From: Podarcis tiliguerta
Lineage: Eukaryota
Direction: 5' to 3' (one strand)
Assembly: GCA_965153285.1 (NCBI GenBank)
Contig: OZ229113.1
Length of the DNA stretch: 64,000 nt
Part shown: positions 54,501 to 63,388 of the stretch, one piece after another
Position numbering within the stretch: position 1 is the stretch's first letter
How the letters are laid out: each line of letters starts with the position of its first letter
The notes under the pieces: model-generated
What the model saw: the letters and a program-made list of their open reading frames with translations, nothing else
What the model was told of the DNA's origin: nothing
The model's database searches: none
Made by a program: the position numbers and the translations under genes

Positions 54501-57342
54501 GAAGACAGTTGCAACGATTAAACTGCATCCTCAGCTACCAGTCTAATGAGGTTAAAAGTGCAGATCTGCTAATGGATTTAGTATAATCTTGCACATTGGA
54601 GGGAAGAATGCAGGATATACTGATGGACTCTGACTACCTGTCATCCAGTGTTAGAGGTGGAAGTCAGTGCAAAGACACTTGAGAGAGATTAGTCTGTTAG
54701 TGAAATTGGAGGCCTTTGTTCCTAATGGCACACCACCCAAAGTAGATACATAGGTACTCTGAATTGGGGCAATGTATACAGGGAACAAACCTTGCAATGT
54801 CACAGAAACTTGTTTGTACTAGTGTCTGTAAGGCAACCTGCTTATACTTGCATTACCTCAGTTTTAGGGGAATACTGCTGTCTGATATTGTTTCATAACC
54901 CATGATTTGATGTCTTGTTTTGAAGGTTACAATAGCTTGCCCTTCCACCTTAAACAGGTTGGCTAATTCCTATGAGCATTACTATACTTTCCTAAAGCCA
55001 TTCTGCATTTTCCTCTTCTCTTCCCATGTCCTCATAAAGAACAGTTCGAGCATATCTTAAAACTACAGTAAATGATGCAAGAATGAACACATACTGGCCT
55101 GTAGTAAGCAAAACCAGAAATCTCAGATAGGAGCATGCACAGCAATCTGTCTCGTCATCACATATGAATTGGAGATTATGCTTTAAAACAGCCCTTTCAT
55201 AACGGGAATATCAGGTTCAGTTTTTGAACTATGCAGTTTACCCAGATGGTGAGCAAAGAACTTTGCAGTAATTCAAGATAGAGAACAGAGACTGGAAAAA
55301 GAGGACTGTGGTGATGCCATCAAAGCCAGTTTTAGATCATATTTATGTGATTTTGCAGTGAATATAGTGGAGTTAAATGCAGTGTAGCTGGAGATTAACA
55401 AAGGTTGAAGGGCTGTCTCATGCAGCCCCTCTGAGTTCTGAGTCTGAAGCAGAATATCAATCTGAAGCAGAATAACTGTGTAGTATTGCCCCAAATGTAC
55501 TGCTGCAAATGGAGCTTCTTTTGCTAATAATCACATTATCCCAGGGGTAGGCAACCTAAGGTCCGGGGGCTGGATGCGGCCCAATTGCCTTCTCAATCCG
55601 GCCTGCAGACGGTCCGGGAATCAGTGTGTTTTTACATGAGTAGAATGTGTTCTTTTATTTAAAATGCATCTCTGGGTTATTTGTGGGGCCTGCCTGGTGT
55701 TTTTACATGAGTAGAATCTGCTTTTATTTAAAATGCATCACTGGGTTATTTTTATTTTTATTTTCCTTTCCAAAATATAGTCCGGCCCCCCACACGGTCT
55801 GAGGGGCGGTGGACTAGCCCACGGCTGGAAAAGGTTGCTGATCCCTGCATTAGCCCTTCCTTCTGCTCCTGACAAGCTTAGAGTTGAGGCTATTGCTCAG
55901 AAGAACCCACAAATTGGAGACCATTCATTGTTGGATGCAATTAAGCCTTTTCAGTTTAGCAAACTTGACTCTGGGAAGGGCAAGAGGAAGCTCTGTACCT
56001 ACCTGGGACTGTTGTGTTTAGTGATACCTACCCTTTACATTGGTTTTGTTTGTGTTTCCCAATTCAGATGACATGTCCTTCGATGTCTCCTGGTTTGCCA
56101 TGCACTCGATCGCAATGGACAGAGACCCCGTTTTCCTCGCTTCATTAGATCGGAAAGGGATAGTCACCCAGGCCAAAAGAAATGGAAGCAGTGATGTCAG
56201 CTTGGAAAGAATCAGCCCCATGGAATTCCGTCTTAGGATTCATGGCTGTGAAGACCAGGACTTTGGCAACCACTACTGCTTAGTAACGCCCTGGGTACGG
56301 TCAACTGCAGGGATCTGGCAACAGGAGATGGAGGTCAAATCCAAGCCAATCCTTGTAACTGTGAAAATGGATGGTAAGAGTGCCTCTAGTTTGTTTATAT
56401 ATAGCATTATCAGTTGTCATTGAGAAGTAATTAACATACTTTGTCTTTTAGCATAGTGGCAAACAACATGATGCTTTCTACCACTATTAGTTTTTATGAC
56501 TGCCCATGAGGGTTTTCCCGTTCTTGCATCACTAAGTGATGATCCAGGGAAAATCAGACAAAACTGCTAGAATGCACTAACATTCTAGCCTGCAATTCGA
56601 GTTCTTGTAGTAGTACTTGCTCTGTTTTCTGTTTGTTTTATTTCACTAGTTTGCATGATTAGTCTGCAGAAATCTTCTGTTTTTCTGTTGAATGTGAGTT
56701 GTTTGAAGCAACATACATTTCACTCTACAGGCAGATGCTCATTCCAAGCCACCATGTTATGCTGGCTTACAGTGTTGTTTCGATTACTGGCCTTCATGGT
56801 AATCGGTTGCCTTTTAACTATAGATTGAACTGGACATTTGCTGGTGGAAAGTCTCAGTGTTTGATTCTTTTTCTTAAAATTTAGAATGGAAGGTGGGATG
56901 TTTAGGTAATCATAGATAACAGTAGCTGACCAATATTTCTTTCAGTACTCTTAACATTTTTAATCTTTATAAATTGATCTGGGACTGCATTGACATCCTT
57001 ATGAATCTCTGTTCCTTTCTCTGTCCAGGTCAGGTGCAAGTAACAAATGGCAAAGGAATACGTTTTCTAACTTGCATATATCCAGATCTGAAATAGCCCC
57101 TTTTAATGCAAGAAACATTTACTCTCTCTGGATTGTGCATAACATTTCTTCTTCTTCTTTCTCCCTCACCCTCAGTGCTGAATGCTTTCAAATTCCCACT
57201 GTTGATTGGCATTGGCCTGTCCACAATCATTGGACTCTTATCCTGTCTGATTGGCTACTGCAGTTCCCGTTGGTGTTGCAAGAAGGAAGTTCAAGAAACC
57301 CGACGAGAGAGACGCCGACTTATGTCTATGGAAATGGACTGA
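9167..57342 (+). CDS. PTGFRN: Prostaglandin F2 receptor negative regulator (CD9P-1/EWI-F/CD315), spliced and 5'-partial CDS: join(9167..9544,10157..10576,11906..12289,16251..16676,38689..39108,50022..50129,56068..56373,57176..57342)
   Basis: Eight exons with AG/GT boundaries, all phase 1, join into one open frame of about 869 aa. It has six Ig V-type domains (C...W...DxGxYxC), the N-terminus GRIVKVPAGPLVRVESTEVVIPCNVSQYEGPSEQNFDW, a PTEL motif, a TM helix and the tail KKEVQETRRERRRLMSMEMD, which matches vertebrate PTGFRN as I recall it. Exon 1 is not in the window. Confidence 0.97.
10157..10576 (+). CDS. PTGFRN: PTGFRN coding exon 3 (Ig domain 2, EWI-motif domain)
   Basis: Acceptor tcttttcttcgaatag|TG and donor ACAG|gtgagc. 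420 nt encoding LRCSAS...VSWEF...DEGAYRCRVSEWV. Confidence 0.95.
10603..10640. repeat. Perfect 19-bp tandem duplication TGTTGCCTGTATCAGCATC x2
   Basis: Directly visible, 27 nt into intron 3. Confidence 0.9.
11906..12289 (+). CDS. PTGFRN: PTGFRN coding exon 4 (Ig domain 3)
   Basis: Acceptor ccaaaag|CT at 11905/11906, with an alternative in-frame ttag at 11911. Donor TTAG|gtgagt. Encodes LTCNFT...VRWYF...DSGYYYC. Confidence 0.92.
12344..12480. mobile_element. Degraded hAT-type MITE (same superfamily as 5513-5648)
   Basis: agggaacctgtggccctccaga...gctgtagtc...ggaggtccacaagtt..., residual palindrome. Confidence 0.55.
16251..16676 (+). CDS. PTGFRN: PTGFRN coding exon 5 (Ig domain 4)
   Basis: Acceptor ctccgcag|AG and donor CAAG|gtagga. 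426 nt encoding PTELECRI...VSWYY...DRGDYYC. Confidence 0.95.
20940..21290 (-). mobile_element. Degraded L2-like LINE 3' fragment
   Basis: atttgtaccctgcctt...ggcaccacagcagagaaggccctg resembles the reverse complement of the L2 3' end at about 37850-38190. Confidence 0.45.
23056..23297 (+). mobile_element. Tigger-like MITE, copy 2
   Basis: TA|CAGTGGTACCTCGGGTT...AACCCGAGGTACCACTG|TA, 17-bp perfect TIRs and TA TSD. Confidence 0.92.
27016..27385. mobile_element. Unclassified interspersed element (GC-richer block, possibly the 5' UTR of a non-LTR retrotransposon on the - strand)
   Basis: Sharp compositional shift with retained CpGs. It resembles repeats I recall from lizard genomes, but the family is not assignable from sequence alone. 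Confidence 0.35.
28600..28880 (-). mobile_element. Degraded L2-like LINE 3' fragment
   Basis: atatttatgtcccacct...aaaagcc...gggagggaaattcca...cacagctgaaaagg, similar to the reverse complement of an L2 3' end. Confidence 0.4.
29180..29612 (+). mobile_element. L2-like LINE 3' fragment
   Basis: Ends tgtaacctgccctgggatcttagagtgaagggtgggtaaagaaat, the same tail type as the L2 ending at 38190. Confidence 0.55.
31191..31415 (+). mobile_element. Tigger-like MITE, copy 3
   Basis: TA|CAGTGGTACCTCGGGTT...AACCCAAGGTACCACTG|TA. Confidence 0.92.
32279..32332. repeat. (A7G)n / AG-rich microsatellite inside the CR1
   Basis: aaaaaaaaaagaaaaaaagaaaaaaagaaaaaaagaggaaaaaaagagagagag between gcagc and ctaatgc. 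Confidence 0.9.
32379..32734 (-). mobile_element. Sauria SINE (Squam1 type), young full-length copy
   Basis: The - strand begins GGGACGCGGGTGGCGCTG, contains the B box GGTTCGAATT and core gcaagtagataaataggtac, and ends with a BovB-like tail gagtcggacacgact. Perfect 14-bp TSD TTCTAGAAGTAATA at 32365-32378 and 32735-32748. CpG-rich. Confidence 0.93.
36101..36482 (+). mobile_element. Sauria SINE, full length
   Basis: gggacgtgggtggtgctg...aaaccactgagcctcttgggcttgcc...caagtagataaatagg...gggtcctttacttttaccttta (ACCTTT-type tail). Possible degenerate TSD agtcttaaaa. Confidence 0.92.
36850..38190 (+). mobile_element. L2-clade LINE, 5'-truncated, with degraded RT-region ORF2 and 3' tail
   Basis: Fragmented ORF2 peptides FLDPLQTSFRPSFGTETA...DTISHCILL and ALLTSRLYSCN. 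The tail is ggatgaagggcggtgtagataattaataaatagaataaataaa. Confidence 0.88.
38689..39108 (+). CDS. PTGFRN: PTGFRN coding exon 6 (Ig domain 5)
   Basis: Acceptor cttctcag|AT and donor TCAG|gtcagt. 420 nt encoding FEMTCKVSS...DAGLYRCVVTAWSP. Confidence 0.95.
39547..39650. mobile_element. Degraded hAT-type MITE
   Basis: cagccttctc...cccttcaggtgttt...acaacttccat...atctggaggg, a remnant of the 5513-type element. Confidence 0.45.
44150..44593 (+). mobile_element. Old CR1-type LINE 3' fragment
   Basis: tagaact...catccaa...ttcacacag...gtgatggccactagcttagatggcttt...ggtctggtccagcagggctatttttatgttc. Confidence 0.7.
45378..45757 (+). mobile_element. Sauria SINE, full length and CpG-decayed
   Basis: Homologous to 36101-36482: aaaccactgagcctcttgggcttg, gttcgaatcc B box, gcaagtagataaataggtacc, gggtcctttaccttt tail. 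Confidence 0.92.
48317..48730 (-). mobile_element. Probable solo LTR (Gypsy/ERV-like), antisense to PTGFRN
   Basis: The - strand reads TGTGGG...CCGACA (TG...CA), is about 410 bp long and has AATAAA (tttatt at 48567-48572 on +). It retains CpGs and has an internal 40-bp tandem duplication. No convincing TSD was found. Confidence 0.55.
48365..48443. repeat. 40-bp-period tandem duplication (tgtctcYcttctcaRccttgccactgcggagatccatca x2)
   Basis: Two copies at 48365-48403 and 48405-48443 with 2 mismatches. Confidence 0.92.
49040..49480 (+). mobile_element. L2-like LINE 3' fragment
   Basis: gagagccttcttt...attctggcattccct...aagctgccctgaatcccaatttgggagaaaggcagaatataaat tail. Confidence 0.6.
49680..49782 (-). 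mobile_element. 5'-truncated tRNA-Lys-derived SINE with CR1 tail (Squam2 / P.s.1-type)
   Basis: The - strand reads tcagggtagtgggttcgagccccacgttggg (3' half of tRNA-Lys with B box) fused to the CR1 3' end ...ggttggactagatga...cccttccaattctatgattctatg. Confidence 0.8.
50022..50129 (+). CDS. PTGFRN: PTGFRN coding exon 7 (N-terminal part of Ig domain 6)
   Basis: Acceptor ttttcttcatag|GT and donor CCAG|gtatga. 108 nt encoding GPVFNVSVESHKTTVYRGELVKLDCIISI. Confidence 0.93.
52274..52410. mobile_element. Degraded hAT-type MITE
   Basis: gatgttgttggactccagctc...ggaagttgtagtccaacaatagctggagg palindromic core of the 5513-type element. Confidence 0.5.
55542..55847 (+). mobile_element. Non-autonomous hAT (Charlie/OC1-like) element with an internal ~71-bp tandem repeat
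   Basis: Imperfect TIRs caggggtaggcaacct/aggttgctgatccctg and an 8-bp TSD CATTATCC/CATTAGCC (7/8). The internal unit gtgtttttacatgagtagaat...aaaatgcatc...ctgggttattt occurs at 55626 and 55697. Confidence 0.85.
56068..56373 (+). CDS. PTGFRN: PTGFRN coding exon 8 (C-terminal part of Ig domain 6)
   Basis: Acceptor cccaattcag|AT and donor GATG|gtaaga. 306 nt encoding DDMSFDVSWFA...DQDFGNHYCLVTPWV. Confidence 0.95.
57176..57342 (+). CDS. PTGFRN: PTGFRN last exon, coding part (TM helix, cytoplasmic tail and stop)
   Basis: Long pyrimidine tract ending ccctcag|TG. Encodes VLNAFKFPLLIGIGLSTIIGLLSCLIGYCSSRWCCKKEVQETRRERRRLMSMEMD, with TGA at 57340-57342. Confidence 0.96.
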
Positions 57343-60210
57343 GCTTCAAAGTTGAGGTGGATGTACACATTTTTGAGAGGGAGGGGATTTTGGAAGGCCT
57401 GAGGCTACTCAGACTTGAGTGTATCAAGCCAAAATGCCCTGACAGCCATTGTCTGACCTTCTCTCCTGGACATAGAACTTCTCCTTTTACCAGTGTTTCA
57501 CATTTAGAGCACAAGTAGTGTTTGTCAGCATTGAGCTCTTCTTCAAGTGGCACTTTTTTGAGGGATAGTTCTTTTTTCCCCCACAGGCAAACTGTTCCAC
57601 AGTGTGCTTCCTGCAGACCTTTAGCTAAGACTCACTATCAAGGCTTGTGTTTAAAACATTTCCCCTTGTTGTTTAATAGGAAGATGGAAGAGCTCAGAGG
57701 CAATAAATGTCTTCCTTTATAACTAGCTGATCCCTAGAGAAGAGAGAACAGGTTCCCTTACTCCAGCGATGAATCTGGCGAGGAAATCCTCTTGTCTGCT
57801 GTTGGTGGGATTGGAATTCATCCTAAACTAAAACTTGGATTGTAGTTTCTGAAGTCTTTTTTTTTTTAATAGTGCTGGTTTAGCAGCCCTGCAAAGGAAG
57901 TAGGCAGCAATACAAACCTTTTCTTACAGTGCCCTGCCTCCCACTGTGCTTCATATTCTGCCCACTATTGTCATACTGATAAGAGGGGCTTGAGCTTCTG
58001 TGCCCTGCATATTCCTAAGAGCCTCAACATGAAGTGCCACCACTTTTTCCACTTCTGCTCACTGTGCTGGTGAATTTTTTTCATAACAAACATGTCCCCT
58101 CTAGAAACTGGATGGAGACTGCTAGATGTTCTTAGGTGGATCACAGGTCTACCTAACTCAAGGACCAGAAGGTCTAAAATTGAGGCAGAATCCTCCTTGT
58201 ACAAACATTCCTGACTCGGGGCAAGTAGAAAAAAGTCACAGAGAGCAGTGTGCCATGACAGATTAAGGTGCACCATGACAAAGACCCCTGCAGATCAGTG
58301 AACAAGGGTCCAGATCTGCAGCTTGTTATTGGGCAACTTACACAATTGGTTTTGCAGCCACCAAGTAGACTTTGGCATTGATCAGTGTCTGCAGTTGTAA
58401 CTCAGGGTAGGGGTAAGGAGGGAGGGAGAAATACAGCGGATATACGTGGGGGATAGTGCTTCTTTTCTGGATTCCCTTGTGCATGCCACATAGTGCAGCT
58501 TATCCTTTGCTGACACAGTAGGATAAATGATCATGATAGGGATCTCTGGTGCTAAAGTAGAGGGATCTAGATCTTGTCTTCCACATACCTTTATCCCTTA
58601 TCCAAGGAGCTGCCCCTGTGACTTAAGGCATCTAAATCTTCCAGCACAGCCAGCATATCTAAGCAATAAGAATTCAGAACAGAGGCATTTTCCAGAAAAC
58701 TTTAGGCATTAAACATGTGTGACTTGAGTCAAGCCTAAGACTGAATGTTCATGCAAAGAGCAAATAGTCATTCTACTCTATTGTGCTTGGAGGTGAAGTT
58801 GACCTGCAGAGTAAACTGGTTAATACAAGTTGAATGGAGATTGTGCACATACACAAGGAGGCATGCAGGATGTTATGCGTGTGAACATCAACTTAGCACA
58901 TTCATCTGAAGGCACAAATGGTGTTCATAAATCACCAGTTTCAGCTTGCATTGACTCCAGTGTAAGATTGTGCATATTGCTAGGTTTGCAAGCTTTAATT
59001 CTGGGGTGTCCAAACTGAGATTCCTGAAAGGTTCCTTGAGAGCTACAGGAACCCGCTGGAAATCTGCAAACTTTAAAGTTGTATGGAGTCAACATGGCTA
59101 GAGTCCTCCAGAAGGCTTAGTAAATATGAGAGTTCTGGTTGGCTGCCCATGGTAATTTGCCCCTTTGGGGCCTTCTCTGTGGCAAACCGTTTTTGCACTT
59201 GACATTTAGAGCATTGCCCCAGGTGGCTTATATTTAATCCGACATCCCACTCATCTAGACAAATCCTATGTCTTAACCTTTCATATTGCAAGCTAATGTT
59301 TTAGTTGCATTCTCCACATTGTAAGACTTATTTCTTTCTTTTTTAAAGTGGAGCAGAAGCAGTTGTCTAAAGCACAAATTATCCTTCCATGCATATTGTG
59401 TCTTGAGTCTTTCTGTTCTCACATTTTGAGGGATAAACAAAAACATTTAAATGCAATAATTATGAAATGGCTTAGCCCAGGAAAGTTTGATTTTCTTTGA
59501 ACACTTATTGCACACTTTGCCTCTCCATGGAAAGAAACTCAGGGTTATTTTGGTTCAGGGATTCCCTGCCTTTCATAGCAAGGTTCTCTCAAGTTGCTGC
59601 CCAAGCTTCTTAGACCAGAGGGTGGGGAGCTATTTTTCTTCGGAACAAATCTGGCTGATAGGTTCAACTGCTCCTTTTGATTTGGGGTTATGCTTTCTCC
59701 CTTGTACTTAAGTATACCTTGAAGTAGTACCACTCCAGAGTCTCCTTCCAATTGTGCCAATTTTATATTGTTCCTCTTTTTAAAAAGTAGCTCTTCTGTC
59801 TCTCCAGAAAATATTTGTTGCTTCTGTTTTGTGTTAACTCTCTGTGGAGAAGAAGTTGCATGGGATTCAGTTAGGTGTTCAACAGTATTTGTCAGAGTTG
59901 CAGTCATGGAATCAACAGTCAAACATTCTAAGGGCTCCTGTCAATCCTGATTTGTCTCTTTCCATGCTTCTAGCTCACAGTTGGGAATTCAGGACATTTG
60001 GAACACGAATTGGGTAACATTTCAAAAGCATCTTTCTTAAAGGACAGGAAATCTTTTTGGTTGATTTTGAAAGAAAGGTTTTAGGCACAGCTCTGGAAGC
60101 TTTTAAAGAAATGTGTTCAGCATGGCTTTGGAAGATATGAGTTGAACAGTTAAACGATGCTGTGTAATGTGTTTTTTACATTGAAAATAAATTGTCTTTT
60201 TATAAAATCG
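57343..60210 (+). other. PTGFRN: Probable PTGFRN 3' UTR (about 2.9 kb)
   Basis: Runs from the stop codon to the AATAAA plus GU-rich element near 60186-60230. No recognisable TE lies inside it, whereas TEs resume at 60703. Confidence 0.65.
60186..60191 (+). terminator. Polyadenylation signal AATAAA (probable main PTGFRN site)
   Basis: AATAAA preceded by TGTA and U-rich sequence and followed about 20 nt later by GU-rich tgttctgtggtcattgtgtt. Confidence 0.7.
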
Positions 60211-60702
60211 TGTTCTGTGGTCATTGTGTTAAATTACATCTTCCTCTCCTTTTATATGTGGTGTTCAGTGTACTTTATGCTTTTCCACTGCTTGGAGTGG
60301 TGTATTATCCCATTTTAGTCAAAGGAAAATGAAATAATGTTGTTGCTTGTCTATGCTGTCAAAAGCAGCCCTGATCTTCATTCTTGACCAGTCCCCTTAT
60401 TTGGAATGTCAATATTGCTGCATCCTGCTCTAAAATGATGCACTGAATATCTCAAAATAACCATTAGTTGATGCTTTACGGTCTGCTCTATATTGACTTG
60501 AGATGCCCCTGTAATGTTTTTCTCTCAAAGGGTTTTTTTGTTTTGTTTACAATCTCTTGCTTTACATAATTGGCACATTACCACAATTGTACCATTATCA
60601 TTATTGAATTTGCCAACAATAACAAATTGTCCCAGAAGTTTGTTAATATGCTTGTTCTTTTACTATACGCATTCAAATTCTAACTGAGTCCAAAGTTGAA
60701 TA

Positions 60703-60943
60703 CAGTGTACCTCGGGTTAAGTACTTAATTCGTTCCAGAGGTCCGTTCTTAACCTGAAACTGTCCTTAACCTGAAGCACCACTTTAGCTAATGGGGCCTC
60801 CTGCTGCCGCCGCGCCACCGGAGCATGATTTCTGTTCTCATCCTGAAGCAAAGTTCTTAAACTGAGGTAATATTTCTGGGTTAGCGGAGTCTGTAACCTG
60901 AAGCGTATGTAACCTGAAGCGTATGTAACCCGAGGTACCACTG
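60703..60943 (+). mobile_element. Tigger-like MITE, copy 4
   Basis: TA|CAGTGTACCTCGGGTT...AACCCGAGGTACCACTG|TA (one G missing in the left TIR). Confidence 0.92.
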
Positions 60944-61937
60944 TAGTTAGGATAGTTAGGTTGATTTGCTAGGTTCATTGATTTTTTTTGGTAGTAGCTT
61001 TGTTCAGGGAATGGTACTCAGTATGTTTTGAGTCTGGGGCAGTGAGCTTCAGCAGGATCTTTCTGCCATATGTAGGCTGCAGTTTTGAAACTAATCAGAG
61101 GAACTTTATGGGAGGGTTGTTTCCAGCTACTCCACACCTTGCCTTTGCAAGCGGCTACAGGAGATGAGCACTGAGCAACATCATGGGAGAGGTCTAAGAT
61201 GAAACTGTGACTCTCCCTTGCTAATGGATGCTGCTTGTTACTTAAGTAATGTGGGGTTTTTTTTTTTTTTTGTATGTTACTATATTCACTGTTGTTTTGC
61301 TACATTATTACAAAATTGTTGTAACATGTATTCCTGCTTTCTTTGTCATAAGCCGCTTGGAATATGATTATTATTTTTTTGCAGAAAAGTGGCATACAAA
61401 TAAAACCAATGAGTGATGTGTTGAATGAGCTGGTAACGGGCGAAATTGAGTTAGATCTGTGCCTGTGTGGCAATGAAGCTCATTAGCTAAGCCACAGTTA
61501 AGTGGGCGCATGTTTTGGGACTCTGGTCATGACCTGTTTCCCTTCTTATCCAGAACTGCTTGCAATTTTCTGCTCAAGATGAAGACAAGCGAAGGCATCT
61601 CTATATATCTTGACAGTTCAAGCTGCGTATCAAAATCTGCCAAGAGGCCTTGCAGAAATACTCCTCTCAAGCCCTAATTTCCTTACCACTTACTTGCTTT
61701 TGTTCTTCTTTGCTTCACTTTGCTTCTTTTTCTGACAGATGAATTAAGTGGAATGGCTGGATGCAGAGGATGGCAGAGCTGCTGTTTTATTAATGATTAT
61801 GTAGAAGAGGAAACTTGGGCACATAAAGCTTTTCTCATCCCTGAATGGCAAAGTCCTGCTGACAAAATTGCCTCTCTTACACTGGGATGGTCTGGATCTG
61901 GGAGGGTTTTTGTGGAATCCCTCGTCATAGTCAAACC

Positions 61938-62073
61938 CAGGCACAGGCAAACTCCGGCCCTCCAGATGTTCGGGACTACAATTCCCATCATCCCTGTCCA
62001 CTGGTCCTGTTACCTAGGGATGATGGGAATTGTAGTCCTAAACATCTGGAGGGCCGGAGTTTTCCTATGCCTG
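61938..62073. mobile_element. hAT-type MITE (136 bp, same family as 5513-5648)
   Basis: Palindromic actccggccctccagatgtt...aacatctggagggccggagt with TSD GTCAAACC/GTCAACCC (7/8). Confidence 0.9.
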
Positions 62074-63388
62074 GTCAACCCACTTCCTGTAGAGATGTAG
62101 ACTTGCTTCAGCAATTTCCTTCCTTAGGGGTGGTGGACCTACTGGAATGGTCTTCCCCCAGAGGCTTAAGGAATCTGAAGCCTTCCTGTCTGCTTTTGGA
62201 GAGCTTGCATTTGCCATGGGCTGTAGCTCTTGCTGAAGTCCTAGTTGCTGTGGGGCAGGAATGGGGAATTTCCTCCCCCCAACCATAGGGCACCTTGACT
62301 TCTGAGCGACCCTCCAGTGGCCAAATGCCAGGGCTGGTGGCAGGGAGGAGAAGCAAAAGTGGCTGGAGGAGCTAATGTGCATTTTACATTTGAACACCCT
62401 TCTCTGTCCTCCATCTAGGCATACAAGGACGAGTTCCAGCTGGGCAAAAGCATTCAAGGAGGGTGTGAAGCAGGAGAAGTGAAGTGTGTGGCCTAGAAGG
62501 AGGAGTGGTCTTAGGAGAGCCCTGAGGGCAACTTTAAGAGGCTTGGAGGCCTGCACTTCCTCCCCTCTATTCTAGGGGACTGAAGACCACTTTTGAATGG
62601 GCACAATTGGGCGCTGTCCTGTTGAGCCCGCTCACCTCCCTGGTTTACTAGAAAGCGAGGGGAAATGAAAGATAGGGAAGATGGGGAGAACGTAAGTGGC
62701 AGGCAGCAAGTTGTGAATCTGATCACACAGCTCATAGCTCCATGGCTGTGAAGAAGCAATACTTTTCCACCACCGCTGTATCTGGAGGGTGCTCTGCTGT
62801 GGAGTTTTTACAAGTGGATTGAGGGTCCGTTCCAACTTGGTGCTCAGAGGCATACTGTGAGATGAGTTGATTTGAGTCCAATTTAGGGTCAATTAATGTT
62901 AAGACACTGGTCAGGTGAGCATTGACAGTCCTTCCTTTGAAGCTAGACGTAATCTGTTAAAAAGTACTTTTTTACTGTATCTCCTTCATAGCAGGTTTCA
63001 CTAGCAGGTTTCACCCCCCCACCCAAAAAAGATTCACATGTGCCATTATCTTAAGGGATGGGCAGACGTTTTGGCAAGGGATGATTAGCTGCATTTGATG
63101 AGCACCTCAAACTAGTTATTTCCACACAAAGGAAAAGGTGGTTGTTACTTTGAGATCCATATTTCCTAGGATTCACACTTGAGTAGGCAGCTTTAGAAAA
63201 GCAAGGATTGTGTGCAAGGTTTATAGCGGGTGCGTAACAATAGATTAAGAAGGGGGAAGGGCTTGCCACAGAGAAGTGCTCATCCTGTGTGGTGCTTGGT
63301 TCTTGTGCTGAAACTGAATTGACAGCCCACATCCTCTGTTTAATCACATTGATGATGCTACAGTGCTCTGAACTACTGTACAAAAGTG

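Noticed and set aside
55626-55751. CRISPR-like or functional repeat array (also 48365-48443)
   Set aside because: Only two adjacent units without unique spacers, inside transposons, in a vertebrate genome.
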